64,000 nucleotides of DNA from Candidatus Micrarchaeota archaeon (GTDB lineage Archaea > Micrarchaeota > Micrarchaeia > Anstonellales > Bilamarchaeaceae). The notes under the pieces are model-generated. The model ran no database searches and was not told the origin of the DNA. It saw only the letters and a program-made list of their open reading frames with translations. The position numbers and the translations under genes were made by a program. The stretch lies in assembly GCA_038046765.1 (NCBI GenBank), contig JBBSVN010000003.1, positions 64,001-128,000 on the forward strand, in the 5' to 3' direction. This document shows positions 1 through 9,642 of this stretch, in pieces. The first letter of the stretch is position 1. Each line of letters begins with the position of its first letter.

Positions 1-723
1 TGCATCATCTAAATGAATTTCTGGCTTAGATCCACTAAAGGAATTCCCTTCCAAATCCGTCAGCATATTTTTTACTTTTTTCCTAAAAGCATCTTTAACT
101 GGAATCGCTCTTTTTGATCGGTCAATTTTGAGTACTCCCCCATCTTTTACAATTAAACTGCATTGAGGAAGTATTGAAAGAAGTGCTAGAAGCATTAGCC
201 CACCGACTTTTTCGTCAAGGTTTTCAATTTCTTCTCGCAAATATTCTATTATGTTCAAATTACTTTTTGGAATACACGCGCGAGGATCGAATAATTCAAA
301 GTGCCATTTGAACCTGTTTTCGCCCTTTGTTTCTTTTAGTTCATTGTTTCGATTTTTTTGTAATTTTTCAAAAACTTTTTCTACAAATTGCCGTGCATTT
401 GAAATGTCATCTTTAGAATAATCTCTAGTTTTAACTTGAGAAATAAATACTGCTAATGGCGAGGCATCAAGACCGATTGCCTTGAGCCCCTGGACTTTGG
501 CTCTTAGCACAGTTGTTCCAATACCGCAAAATGGATCTGCAATCAATACGTTTTCTTTTTGCTCGGTTATTTTTTCCCTAGTAATTGCCCATTCTACCAA
601 TTCAGGAGAAAACGCTTCTTTGTAATAAAACCAGTTATAAATCGCTTTAGTTTTGCTTATTTCGAATGTAACAAACGGAGCGAGGAACAAGTTTTCGGAT
701 ATTTTAATTGGAGTTATTGACAT
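1..723 (-). CDS. DNA methyltransferase (N4-C/N6-A type), 3' end runs off the window
   Basis: Not in the ORF track. ATG at 723 opens a frame that stays open to base 1: MSITPIK...IYNWFYYKEAFSPELV...IADPFCGIGTT...GLDASPLAVFISQVK (SAM-binding DPFxGxGTT motif). Confidence 0.85.
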   Translation of the reverse strand, partial: MSITPIKISENLFLAPFVTFEISKTKAIYNWFYYKEAFSPELVEWAITREKITEQKENVLIADPFCGIGTTVLRAKVQGLKAIGLDASPLAVFISQVKTRDYSKDDISNARQFVEKVFEKLQKNRNNELKETKGENRFKWHFELFDPRACIPKSNLNIIEYLREEIENLDEKVGGLMLLALLSILPQCSLIVKDGGVLKIDRSKRAIPVKDAFRKKVKNMLTDLEGNSFSGSKPEIHLDDA

Positions 724-839
724 AAATATAACTGTTAAAAGAAGTAGTTAAAAAGATAAAGAAAATCTAAACTTTTTTATAAACAATAGCTTTTCATAAA
801 GTTTTGCTGTAAAAACAGATTATCTACAATGTGTTAATT

Positions 840-2777
840 ATGTCAATTTCTTACTCCCAAGAACTAAATCCTGAACAGATGCAAATCATCGATAATGCTA
901 GCGGAGTCTGTCTAATTATCGCTGGTCCGGGATCTGGAAAAACAAGAACAATTCTATATAAAATTGCAAAACTTATTGAGGATGGAAATTCTCCTGAAAG
1001 TATTTTATTACTTACATTTACAAACAGGGCAGCGCAGGAAATGAAAAATAGACTGGAGAAACTGGTCGGTATTGGAGCTAAGAGAGTAATCGCAGGTACG
1101 TTTCATTCATTTGCAAACATTCTTCTAAGACGTCATGCGAGTTTAATCGGGTTTAATAATAAATTCACGATTCTAGATGAGCAAGATAGCGTTTCTTTAC
1201 TTAAAAAAATAATCTCAGATCGAAAAGCATTAACTGGTAGTACAGAAGTTTCAAGTAACGGAAAAAAAACAAAGAAAAAAGATGAACTAGCTGGTAACGA
1301 CCTTAAACGATTGATATCTCTGTCAAAACTAAGGATGATCTCTTTAGAAGATTTGGTAATGCACAGCGAACTAATTTACTTAAAGGATAATCTGCAGGAA
1401 CTAAACCTTATTACAGAGCGTTATGCTACAATAAAGAAAAATACAAATTGCATGGACTTTGATGATTTATTAGTTTATCTTTACATTCTGTTTCGTGATA
1501 ATGAAAACTTAAGAAAATTCTATTCTGGTATTTACCTAAGTATATTTGTTGACGAGTTTCAGGATACTGATAAATTGCAGTCTGCAACGCTTGACTTGTT
1601 ATACGATAAAGACCGGACAAAAAACTTTATCGTAGTTGGTGATGAATCTCAAAGTATTTACTCATTTAGAGGCGCTGAAATTCAAAACATACTAAAATTC
1701 AAGGATAAACATCAAGCAAAAGTTTTCTATTTACTTAAAAACTACCGAAGTACAAAACAAATCGTTGAACTTGTAAACGAAGTAATAAAAAACAGTAAAG
1801 AAGCCTTAGAAAAACAACTCGATGCTGTAGGTGAACATAAAGACGCCCAAGTTCCTGTTTTAATTGCAGTAAATAATCGAAAAGAAGAAGCATTTGCTAT
1901 AGCTGATGGAATAGAAGAGCAGGTTGCATGCAAGGAATCTGTTGCAGTTCTTTTTAGGTCTGTTTATTTGGCTTCTGAACTTGAACTGGAGTTATCTAAG
2001 CGTGGAATTACTTACGAATTACGTGGTGGTTTGCAGTTTTTTGACCAGCAACACGTAAAAGATTTAGTTGCCTTACTTAAGCTCTGTGTAAATAAGAATG
2101 ATTTTGCTTCGCTTAAAAGATTGTTCTTACTCTTTCCAGGAATTGGGGAGAAAAAGGCAGAAGACATGACTAATTTAGTACAAAAGCATTCTGTTGATGA
2201 CTTTAAGAAATCTATTGAAAACATTCGCCATCTTTCTCCTTTAGTTTTTGAAAAACTTAATTTTTCCTTAGAAAATAAAAACGCGGCAGGAGTCTTAAGT
2301 GCATTTTACGAATGTTTCTATTCTGGATATATGAAAGAATACTTTGATGATTTTGCAGAACGACAACTTGATATAGATGCGTTAATCAGTGTTGCATCGC
2401 AATATGAAAATATAGAAGAATTTGTTTCTGTTTTTGTCTTAAATAATAATGATAGTTTTAAGAAAAAGAATAAAGATAGCAGCGAACCAAAAGTAATCCT
2501 CTCAACAATTCACCAAGCCAAGGGTTTAGAGTGGGATAACGTTTATGTTATGGGATTAGCCGAAAGTTTATTTCCTTCTGCAAAAGCTAGTTATTTAGAA
2601 GAAGAGCGAAGACTGTTCTACGTTGCATCATCTCGTGCAAAGAAAAGATTATTCATGACTTATCCGCGGGTTGCAGATAGATTTTACAAGTTTGAAGAAC
2701 TTCCTGTTTCAAGGTTTGTTGCTGAACTACCGGAAACTGTTTATCGAATCGAAAAGAGTTGGAGCGAAGGAGATTAG
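840..2777 (+). CDS. UvrD/PcrA/Rep family SF1 DNA helicase
   Basis: Motifs AGPGSGKT, TFTNRAA, VDEFQD, VGDESQSIYSFRGA, NYRS, STIHQAKGLEW, EERRLFYVA. ATG 840 preferred to GTG 831. Confidence 0.95.
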   Translation: MSISYSQELNPEQMQIIDNASGVCLIIAGPGSGKTRTILYKIAKLIEDGNSPESILLLTFTNRAAQEMKNRLEKLVGIGAKRVIAGTFHSFANILLRRHASLIGFNNKFTILDEQDSVSLLKKIISDRKALTGSTEVSSNGKKTKKKDELAGNDLKRLISLSKLRMISLEDLVMHSELIYLKDNLQELNLITERYATIKKNTNCMDFDDLLVYLYILFRDNENLRKFYSGIYLSIFVDEFQDTDKLQSATLDLLYDKDRTKNFIVVGDESQSIYSFRGAEIQNILKFKDKHQAKVFYLLKNYRSTKQIVELVNEVIKNSKEALEKQLDAVGEHKDAQVPVLIAVNNRKEEAFAIADGIEEQVACKESVAVLFRSVYLASELELELSKRGITYELRGGLQFFDQQHVKDLVALLKLCVNKNDFASLKRLFLLFPGIGEKKAEDMTNLVQKHSVDDFKKSIENIRHLSPLVFEKLNFSLENKNAAGVLSAFYECFYSGYMKEYFDDFAERQLDIDALISVASQYENIEEFVSVFVLNNNDSFKKKNKDSSEPKVILSTIHQAKGLEWDNVYVMGLAESLFPSAKASYLEEERRLFYVASSRAKKRLFMTYPRVADRFYKFEELPVSRFVAELPETVYRIEKSWSEGD

Positions 2778-2798
2778 GTATGCCGATGCAGTTTTACT

Positions 2799-4007
2799 TC
2801 AATAACTATCGTATCCTTTTCTAAATGCTCTATATAAATGCGTTTCATTACTAAGTTCATTTTTAATCCTCTGTATTGCTGGTCTTCGGTCAGCCCATTC
2901 TAGAGGCACTGCTTCTTTTGAAATCCAGGTATGCTCAAAATCTATTCCTATTACTTCCTTTCCATTCCAGATTGCATTTCTTCCGGCGGCATCATTTATT
3001 GCTATCCCATTCTTATGCGCGAACCTAATAAACCTGCCATAAGCTTCCCAGATGGTTACCTCATTTATTTTGTCTAAACGGGTTCCTTCTACCCACCTAA
3101 ATAAAGAAAATTCTTGATCATTTACAAATAATTTTCCAAGTGGCCTTTCAACCTGTACACCGCGCTCTAGCATTACTTTAGCTTTTTCCAATTGGTCTGC
3201 TTCGCATGGATGCTGCAATAATACAGCTATATGATCAGATGTTTTATTATCAATTCTAGACATAGGAATATCACTGCTTTGAAGTGTGCTTCCAAATATT
3301 GCCAGTAAATTAGAATAATCATTTTGGAATATTGCCCAAAGAGGTTTGTGTCTTATAATTCTACGAATGTGTTTTGCAAATTCTTCTAAAATCGTGTGAT
3401 TAATCTCAACATCGCTTTCAATTCTTTCCTGAGTTTTTAAAGAATAAAAATAAAATTCATCTAGCATCTCTCTAATTTTTTCCTTACTAGAATTTGGTAT
3501 TCTTCTTTTTAACCAATATAAAGTATCCATAACTCTTCTGTTTTCTGTTATATCTAAGTAAAATGGCCAGTATTTCCATGCTTCGAGCTCTTTTATTGCG
3601 TTTAATGCAAATTCTGTTCCTCGTTCTTTATCATCTGTAAAATGTATGTACAAACTTCGTAAAAATAAGCAACCAGCTAAATAAACATGGAATCCATTAA
3701 TTAGATCAGTTACAAATATGTCCTTTGATTCTATTTTCATTTCCATAGGACTGCTAAAAGTTGCCATTGCCAAAAGTCTGCGTAGCTCTTTTGGATCCAA
3801 AGGTTGTTTTACTTCTTCGACTACTCCTCTAAAAAATGTTTCAAAATATTTAGATTCAACTCGGTATGCTTTTGGATATTTGCTTATTAATGGTTTAGCT
3901 CTTTTTCCATAAATACTTGGTTTTGTAGTTGCATTAGCAATTACTCTGCCTTCTGCTGATTTTGGATCTATTACCAAGACTGGACTATGCAATTGTCTTC
4001 TTTTCAT
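2799..4007 (-). CDS. Protein with C-terminal protein-kinase-like (Bud32/Kdo-like) domain
   Basis: C-terminal WVEG...AHKNGIAINDAAGRNAIW...IDFE resembles the catalytic loop and DFx motif. N-terminal region not recognised. Confidence 0.6.
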   Translation of the reverse strand: MKRRQLHSPVLVIDPKSAEGRVIANATTKPSIYGKRAKPLISKYPKAYRVESKYFETFFRGVVEEVKQPLDPKELRRLLAMATFSSPMEMKIESKDIFVTDLINGFHVYLAGCLFLRSLYIHFTDDKERGTEFALNAIKELEAWKYWPFYLDITENRRVMDTLYWLKRRIPNSSKEKIREMLDEFYFYSLKTQERIESDVEINHTILEEFAKHIRRIIRHKPLWAIFQNDYSNLLAIFGSTLQSSDIPMSRIDNKTSDHIAVLLQHPCEADQLEKAKVMLERGVQVERPLGKLFVNDQEFSLFRWVEGTRLDKINEVTIWEAYGRFIRFAHKNGIAINDAAGRNAIWNGKEVIGIDFEHTWISKEAVPLEWADRRPAIQRIKNELSNETHLYRAFRKGYDSY

Positions 4008-4039
4008 GTTATTTATAATGTTCGAAAGAGAATATAAAC

Positions 4040-4456
4040 TTAAGCTTTTGATTGGTTCGTTATTGCTTCCTTCGACAATCTATCTGCCCATTCATTCTCT
4101 TCCCTTGGAACGTGCTCGAACTTTACGTTTAATTGCATGCAAAGAGCAACTACTTTCCTATTTAATTCCTTTAAGTGCGGAGCCTTAACCTTATAAATTC
4201 CTTTTAACTGATTAACCAAAAGCTGGCTATCGCTTCGAACTAAGATTATCTCGTCCTTTTCTCCTTCTTTTTCTATAATTTTCCTTGTTTCCTCTAACGC
4301 TCGAACTGCGGCAGTATACTCTGCAATGTTGTTAGTTCCGTTTCCTAAAAATTCGCTAAGTTCTAAAATAGTTTTTCCATCTTTACGAATAACAACCCCT
4401 ATTCCCATAGGTCCGGGATTTCCAAAACAAGCGCCATCAATATTAATCGTAATCAT
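4040..4456 (-). CDS. rnhA: Ribonuclease HI
   Basis: IDGACFGNPG, TNNIAEY, SDSQL, HVPREENEWADRL. Likely start ATG 4456. Confidence 0.93.
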   Translation of the reverse strand: MITINIDGACFGNPGPMGIGVVIRKDGKTILELSEFLGNGTNNIAEYTAAVRALEETRKIIEKEGEKDEIILVRSDSQLLVNQLKGIYKVKAPHLKELNRKVVALCMQLNVKFEHVPREENEWADRLSKEAITNQSKA

Positions 4457-4559
4457 AAAAGAACCATACAAAACAATCGGGAGAAGCTTTTTTAAGATAA
4501 GCATTGTAAATAATTCTGAGTTATATATTCAAACTACTTAAATTAATCGAGGTGTATAA

Positions 4560-5348
4560 ATGGGAATGGGAGATTCTTCTAAAGAAGATACAATCACAAT
4601 GAATAAATCTACAGTTTATTTAGTAATAATCGCATTATTAGGAATTTTATTAATAGGATCAATTTTTACACAGGGCTTTGGTATTATTAAATCAACAACA
4701 GTCGCACCAACTCCGACACCAACCCCTACGCCAACTCCGACACCAACTCCGACACCAATAGGTGTAACTGCATTAGCTACTTTTAAGGGCTATGCACAAA
4801 AAATCGGATTGGATACTGCAAAATTCAACAGTTGTTTGGATACATCTAAATACAGTACAGAAGTACAAAAAGACTTTTCAGATGGATTAGCTTTAGGAAT
4901 TCAAGGTACTCCGTCATTTATGATAGGAAGACGAGATGGGGCTCCACAAACATTAGTTGGTGCTCAACCATATTCTGTATTTAAAGCTGCAATAGAAGCT
5001 GAATTAGCAAATACCAATCAAACAAATGTAACTACTAAAACAAGTACGTTTGCTGATGATGATCCTAAATTGGGGTTAGATAGTGCACCAATTCTGATTA
5101 TTGAATTCTCAGATTTTCAGTGCCCTTTCTGTGAAAGGTTCTACTCTGCTGCTTATCAAAATCTTCAAACAGATTATGTAAAAACAGGTAAGGTTCAAAT
5201 TGTTTTTAGGGACTTTCCTTTAAGCAACATACATCCAAAAGCAGAGCTTGCAGCTCAAGTTGCACAATGTGCATTTGAACAAGGTAAATTTGAAGAGATG
5301 CATGACGTTCTTTTCAAGAATCAAAATGAATGGTCAAACCTTAACTAA
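4560..5348 (+). CDS. Membrane-anchored DsbA-family oxidoreductase, circularly permuted
   Basis: TM helix and (PT)n linker, then the GIQGTPSF/GAQPYSVF half placed BEFORE the EFSDFQCPFC half. Confidence 0.85.
   Translation: MGMGDSSKEDTITMNKSTVYLVIIALLGILLIGSIFTQGFGIIKSTTVAPTPTPTPTPTPTPTPTPIGVTALATFKGYAQKIGLDTAKFNSCLDTSKYSTEVQKDFSDGLALGIQGTPSFMIGRRDGAPQTLVGAQPYSVFKAAIEAELANTNQTNVTTKTSTFADDDPKLGLDSAPILIIEFSDFQCPFCERFYSAAYQNLQTDYVKTGKVQIVFRDFPLSNIHPKAELAAQVAQCAFEQGKFEEMHDVLFKNQNEWSNLN
4706..4757 (+). repeat. Pro-Thr linker repeat within the DsbA gene
   Basis: CCAACTCCGACA-type units encoding PTPTPTPTPTPTPTPTP. Confidence 0.9.
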
Positions 5349-5392
5349 TTTTTTTTTATTTTTTAATTTTATATTTTTTATTAATCTTAATT

Positions 5393-6067
5393 ATGTCCGG
5401 GCGTAAAATTATGAAAAACTTGCATTTGATCTTTTTTACAATTTTTTTAGGATTTTTTTTACTTGGCTGTACTTCGCAGACTGATTATAAACAAATCAAT
5501 CTTTCAGAACTTGTTAAAAATAATTCAGAAAAAATCGGATCAGATTCTTCACCTGTTTTGATAATCGAGTTTTCGGATTTTCAATGTTTATTTTGTAGGA
5601 AATTTTATATCCAAAGTTGGCCGAGTATAAAAAGAGATTATATCGATTCTGGAAAAGTTCAGTTAATTTATAAAAATTTCCCACTTCTGGAGATTCATCC
5701 TGACTCGCAAATGGCAGCTGAAGCAGCAGAGTGTGCAAATGAACAGGGTAAATTTGAATTATTCCATGATGAACTTTATAATTTACAACAAGTAAAAGGA
5801 AGCGGAACTGTTCCAATTTCCAAACAGGATTTAAAAGATACGGCTTCTATAGCTTCTTTGGATTTGACTAAATTCAATATCTGCTTTGAATCTGGAAAGT
5901 ATGCTTTAGAAGTTCAAAAAGACTTTAGTCAAGGTGTTAAACTAGGGATAAAAGGTACTCCTGCATTTTTAATTATAAAAAGAGGGGGAACCAAAGCAAA
6001 ATTCTTATCCGGAGCATTACCTTATTCAGAGTTTAAAGCAGCAATCGATGAAATTTCATCTGAGTAA
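5393..6067 (+). CDS. DsbA-family oxidoreductase, canonical order, lipoprotein-like signal
   Basis: LLGC signal, EFSDFQCLFC, GIKGTPAF, GALPYSEF. May start at ATG 5411. Confidence 0.9.
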   Translation: MSGRKIMKNLHLIFFTIFLGFFLLGCTSQTDYKQINLSELVKNNSEKIGSDSSPVLIIEFSDFQCLFCRKFYIQSWPSIKRDYIDSGKVQLIYKNFPLLEIHPDSQMAAEAAECANEQGKFELFHDELYNLQQVKGSGTVPISKQDLKDTASIASLDLTKFNICFESGKYALEVQKDFSQGVKLGIKGTPAFLIIKRGGTKAKFLSGALPYSEFKAAIDEISSE

Positions 6068-6195
6068 TTCTCTGGTAAATATCTCTAGTAAATACTAGAT
6101 AAGCTTTAAAACACTCTTTTACATTTATTTAATGCATTATTGCTAGCTTTAATGCTGCTAAAATATCAATTAAACAAATTTATCAAATGATTTAA

Positions 6196-6930
6196 ATGGC
6201 AAACGTTAATATTGCAGAATTAAGAAAAGTGCGTGATTATAAAATCACTTCAATACGGGAGGATGTACATAATATTATCATACTGACTTTATCCTCTGTT
6301 ACTAGTGATAGATTACCAAATTCACTTCCAGGCCAGTTTCTAAATTTACATACAGCTGATTTAGAAAATAAACCCATATTTAGGCCATATTCAATAGCGT
6401 CTTCACCAGGTGTAACTGACTTAGAACTATGCATAAAAATACTTCCAGATGGAAAATTTTCTGCGCCACTAAGTAAAAAGAAAGTTGGTGATACAATTGG
6501 TGTTTCAGGTCCGTATGGTTTTTTTACATATGAAAACCAAACGAATGCTGTCTTTATGACTGCTGGGACGGGAATAGCGCCAATTATGGCTATGCTAAGA
6601 ACGATTGTTGAGAAAAATGTCCAAGGTAATTTCATTTTATTTTATTCAAATAAGACCAAAGATTCAATCATATACTTTGATGAACTTAATCAGATGATGG
6701 TTAAAAATCCAAGTATAAAAATTATATTTACACTAACTCAAGAAACAGACGGGCCATGGGCTGGGGAAAAGGGCAGAATTTGCGATCCTATGGTAAAAAA
6801 ATATCTTAATAAGGCTGAAGATTTTGATTATTATTTCTGCGGTCCATTGGAATTTATTAAGACCATGAAAACATGTGTTGTTTCTCTTGGGGCTAAACCG
6901 GAAAAAATAAAAGCAGAAGGTTGGGGTTAA
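6196..6930 (+). CDS. FAD/NAD(P)-binding oxidoreductase (ferredoxin-NADP reductase family)
   Basis: PGQF, RPYSIAS, GKFS, GPYG, AGTGIAP, YFCGP. Confidence 0.9.
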   Translation: MANVNIAELRKVRDYKITSIREDVHNIIILTLSSVTSDRLPNSLPGQFLNLHTADLENKPIFRPYSIASSPGVTDLELCIKILPDGKFSAPLSKKKVGDTIGVSGPYGFFTYENQTNAVFMTAGTGIAPIMAMLRTIVEKNVQGNFILFYSNKTKDSIIYFDELNQMMVKNPSIKIIFTLTQETDGPWAGEKGRICDPMVKKYLNKAEDFDYYFCGPLEFIKTMKTCVVSLGAKPEKIKAEGWG

Positions 6931-6939
6931 TATTAATAT

Positions 6940-7025
6940 TTAGCATTGAGCAATGAGCAGTGGGCAATGAGCAACTTATAATTAGTTTCGTGGCTCAGAG
7001 CACACGGCCCAAAGCTCAAGGCCAA
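6940..7025. repeat. Heptamer repeat block plus complementary heptamer block upstream of rpl11
   Basis: TTAGCAT TGAGCAA TGAGCAG TGGGCAA TGAGCAA ... TGGCTCA GAGCACA CGGCCCA AAGCTCA AGGCCAA. Confidence 0.7.
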
Positions 7026-7042
7026 ACTAATGGTGATTTTAT

Positions 7043-7507
7043 ATGAGTGAAAAAATAATTGATACAATCGTTGATGGAGGAAAAGCAACAGCTGGCCCGC
7101 CATTAGGTCCAGCATTAGGTCCATTAGGTGTACCAGCACCAAAAGTAATTGCAGATATAAATACAGCAACTAAAGCATTTGAAGGAATGAAAGTTCCAGT
7201 AAAAGTCATAGTAGAAACTTCTACTAAAACTTATCGAATTGAAGTAGGTACCCCTCCAATTGCTGAATTGGTAAAAAAAGCAGCAGGTGTAGAAAAAGGT
7301 TCTGGAACCAAAGAAGTAAAAGCAGGTAATATTACTTTTGAAAAAATAAAAGAAATTGCAACAAACGCTTCCAAATCTCTTGGTAAAGATCTTAAGCAAA
7401 AGGTCAAGGAGATTGCCGGTACCTGCGTAAGTATGGGTATATCTGTTGATGGCAAGGGTGCTAAAGACTTCATAAAAGCAGTAGATGAAGGTAAGTACTC
7501 CTTCTAA
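7043..7507 (+). CDS. rpl11: 50S ribosomal protein L11 (uL11), archaeal type
   Basis: VDGGKATAGPPLGPALGPLG, FEGMKVPVKV, GTCVSMG. GGTGA RBS. Confidence 0.97.
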   Translation: MSEKIIDTIVDGGKATAGPPLGPALGPLGVPAPKVIADINTATKAFEGMKVPVKVIVETSTKTYRIEVGTPPIAELVKKAAGVEKGSGTKEVKAGNITFEKIKEIATNASKSLGKDLKQKVKEIAGTCVSMGISVDGKGAKDFIKAVDEGKYSF

Positions 7508-7567
7508 TTCTATTTAATCCTTTTTTATTTTTTAAGTTTAGTTTTTAACTAATTTGGTAGTTTGTTT

Positions 7568-8458
7568 ATGGTATACACTAGTTTTCTCTCACCTATCGAT
7601 GACTATTCAAATCTCGCATTTAGACTTCTTTGTCAGCGTTATGGTGCGGAAGCAACATGTGTTCCGCTTGTAAATTCAACCGCACTTTCCCGAGACCGCT
7701 CTAAAATTTCATTAGTTGATGTTCATATCGATGAAAAAAATGTTGGTGTGCAGGTTGTTGGCAATGATGCGGAACAGCTTGCGATTTCGTGTAAAATAAT
7801 TCTTGAGGAAAAGCCATTTGTGAAGTGGCTAAATATTAATTGTGGTTGCCCATCTGCACGTACGATGAATTCTGGGGGTGGAAGTGCTTTTTTAAAATTT
7901 CCAGATAAGATTGCCTTAGCAGTAGAAAAAATAAAAAAACAATCAGACACACCTATGTCAGTAAAGATACGTATAAACGAAGATTTTGAAAATACTGTAT
8001 CTGTTTGTAAGACTTTAGAACGAGCCGGAGTTGACTTTCTAATAATCCATGCCAGAACCGCACGACAAGGTTATTCGGGTCAAGCGGACTGGGAATTTAT
8101 AAAAATGCTTAAAGAAAAGCTGTGTGTGCCTTTAGTTGGAAACGGGGATATTACTAGCCTTGATCAGGCAAATAAATATATCAAAGATGGCTATGCTGAT
8201 TCATTTATGGTTGCACGGGCTGCGATGCGAAATCCAAAGATTTTCTGCGGCCAGGCTCTTGAAAGCGAGCAAGAAAAGCTTGCGATTTTTCATGAGTACA
8301 TTGGTATTTATAAAACGTATTTCGGTTCTTTAGAATTAAAAGACCTAAAACTTAAATCAATGAATTTTTTAAATGGTATCCCAAATGCGGCATATTTTAG
8401 AGATAATATTGCAAGAGTTAAATCAACTGATGAGTTGCTTAATTTCCTTGATTTCTAA
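7568..8458 (+). CDS. tRNA-dihydrouridine synthase family
   Basis: NINCGCP, GGGSAFL, SVKIR, IHART, GNGDI, MVARAA. Confidence 0.92.
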   Translation: MVYTSFLSPIDDYSNLAFRLLCQRYGAEATCVPLVNSTALSRDRSKISLVDVHIDEKNVGVQVVGNDAEQLAISCKIILEEKPFVKWLNINCGCPSARTMNSGGGSAFLKFPDKIALAVEKIKKQSDTPMSVKIRINEDFENTVSVCKTLERAGVDFLIIHARTARQGYSGQADWEFIKMLKEKLCVPLVGNGDITSLDQANKYIKDGYADSFMVARAAMRNPKIFCGQALESEQEKLAIFHEYIGIYKTYFGSLELKDLKLKSMNFLNGIPNAAYFRDNIARVKSTDELLNFLDF

Positions 8459-8608
8459 TTTTATGCCATTTTTATACAACTTAATAAATAAATAATTCAT
8501 TCTGTGAATAAATTTTCTCAAATGTCAGGTTTAAATATCTACTTTTATCATAATAGTTAGTTTTCATATTAAAAAATAAATGTATCGAAAATATATAGGT
8601 GATAAATA

Positions 8609-9367
8609 ATGAAAAACTTTATAGTATTGAGCGTAGTGTTCATGCTATTAGTCTTTGGTTGTACTCAACAAACCAATACTAATACAACAAACACTCCAGC
8701 ACCAGTAAATAATGTGCCAACAACCCCAGCACCAACCGTGGCAAAAGCTGATTTTTCAATTGATTCTCCAGCCGTAGGTTCTACTGTAGCTTCTGGAACA
8801 GTTGTAGTTAAACTTACACCAAAGAATTTCAAAGTAGTTGCACCAGGTGCAAACGTAGCTGGTGAAGGTCATTTCCATCTATTTTTGGATGATGGTTCAT
8901 ACATACCATGTGCTTCAACAACTTGTGAAGTAACTAATGTATCAGCTGGTACCCATACAATTAAGGTAACGGTACAAAACAATGATCATTCAACAAACGT
9001 AGATGTCGCAGCAAAGAGTGTAACATTTACTGTTGCAGCTCCAGCAAGTGTTGCTCCAACACCAACTGGTGGATATAACTTTGAGATAGTATCTCCAACA
9101 GCTGGTTCTTGGGTAGATCGAGGCACTGTTACGGTAACTTTAAACCCATTGAATTTCCAGGTAGTTGCACCAGGTACTAATGCAGCAGGCCAGGGTCACT
9201 TCCACTTATTCTTAAATGGGGGTACTTACATACCGTGCGCATCAACAACGTGTACTGTTACAAATGTTCCTCCGGGACAAAATACAATTAAGGTAACGGT
9301 ACAAAAGAATGATCATTCTGATGCAGTAGGCGCAATGACAAAAACAGTTAGTTTCTACGTAAAGTAG
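8609..9367 (+). CDS. Lipoprotein with two tandem His-rich beta domains (putative metal binding)
   Basis: LVFGC signal. Internal repeat G(E/Q)GHFHLFL...YIPCASTTC...TIKVTVQxNDHS occurs twice. Confidence 0.75.
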   Translation: MKNFIVLSVVFMLLVFGCTQQTNTNTTNTPAPVNNVPTTPAPTVAKADFSIDSPAVGSTVASGTVVVKLTPKNFKVVAPGANVAGEGHFHLFLDDGSYIPCASTTCEVTNVSAGTHTIKVTVQNNDHSTNVDVAAKSVTFTVAAPASVAPTPTGGYNFEIVSPTAGSWVDRGTVTVTLNPLNFQVVAPGTNAAGQGHFHLFLNGGTYIPCASTTCTVTNVPPGQNTIKVTVQKNDHSDAVGAMTKTVSFYVK

Positions 9368-9449
9368 ATCTAATTTTTTTTCTTTTTATTTTTCTTTATT
9401 CTATTTTTAAAATTAGCCTTGATAATTTCTTTTTTTGATATTTTTTTCC

Positions 9450-9605
9450 TTATTTCTTTAGTTCCTTATATCTAATTAAGGTGTTCTTTTCTTGTTTTTC
9501 AATGGCATCCTTATATTTAATAAGGGCGACAATACCTATCCCTGTGCTGATAAAGCCAGCTATTGCAGCACTAATTAAGATTTTGTCTGAAAGTTTTCTT
9601 TTCAT
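9450..9605 (-). CDS. Small single-TM hypothetical protein (51 aa)
   Basis: Not in track: MKRKLSDKILISAAIAGFISTGIGIVALIKYKDAIEKQEKNTLIRYKELKK. Confidence 0.5.
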   Translation of the reverse strand: MKRKLSDKILISAAIAGFISTGIGIVALIKYKDAIEKQEKNTLIRYKELKK

Positions 9606-9642
9606 AAATAATATAATAAATAAAAAAAGATAAAAAGATACT

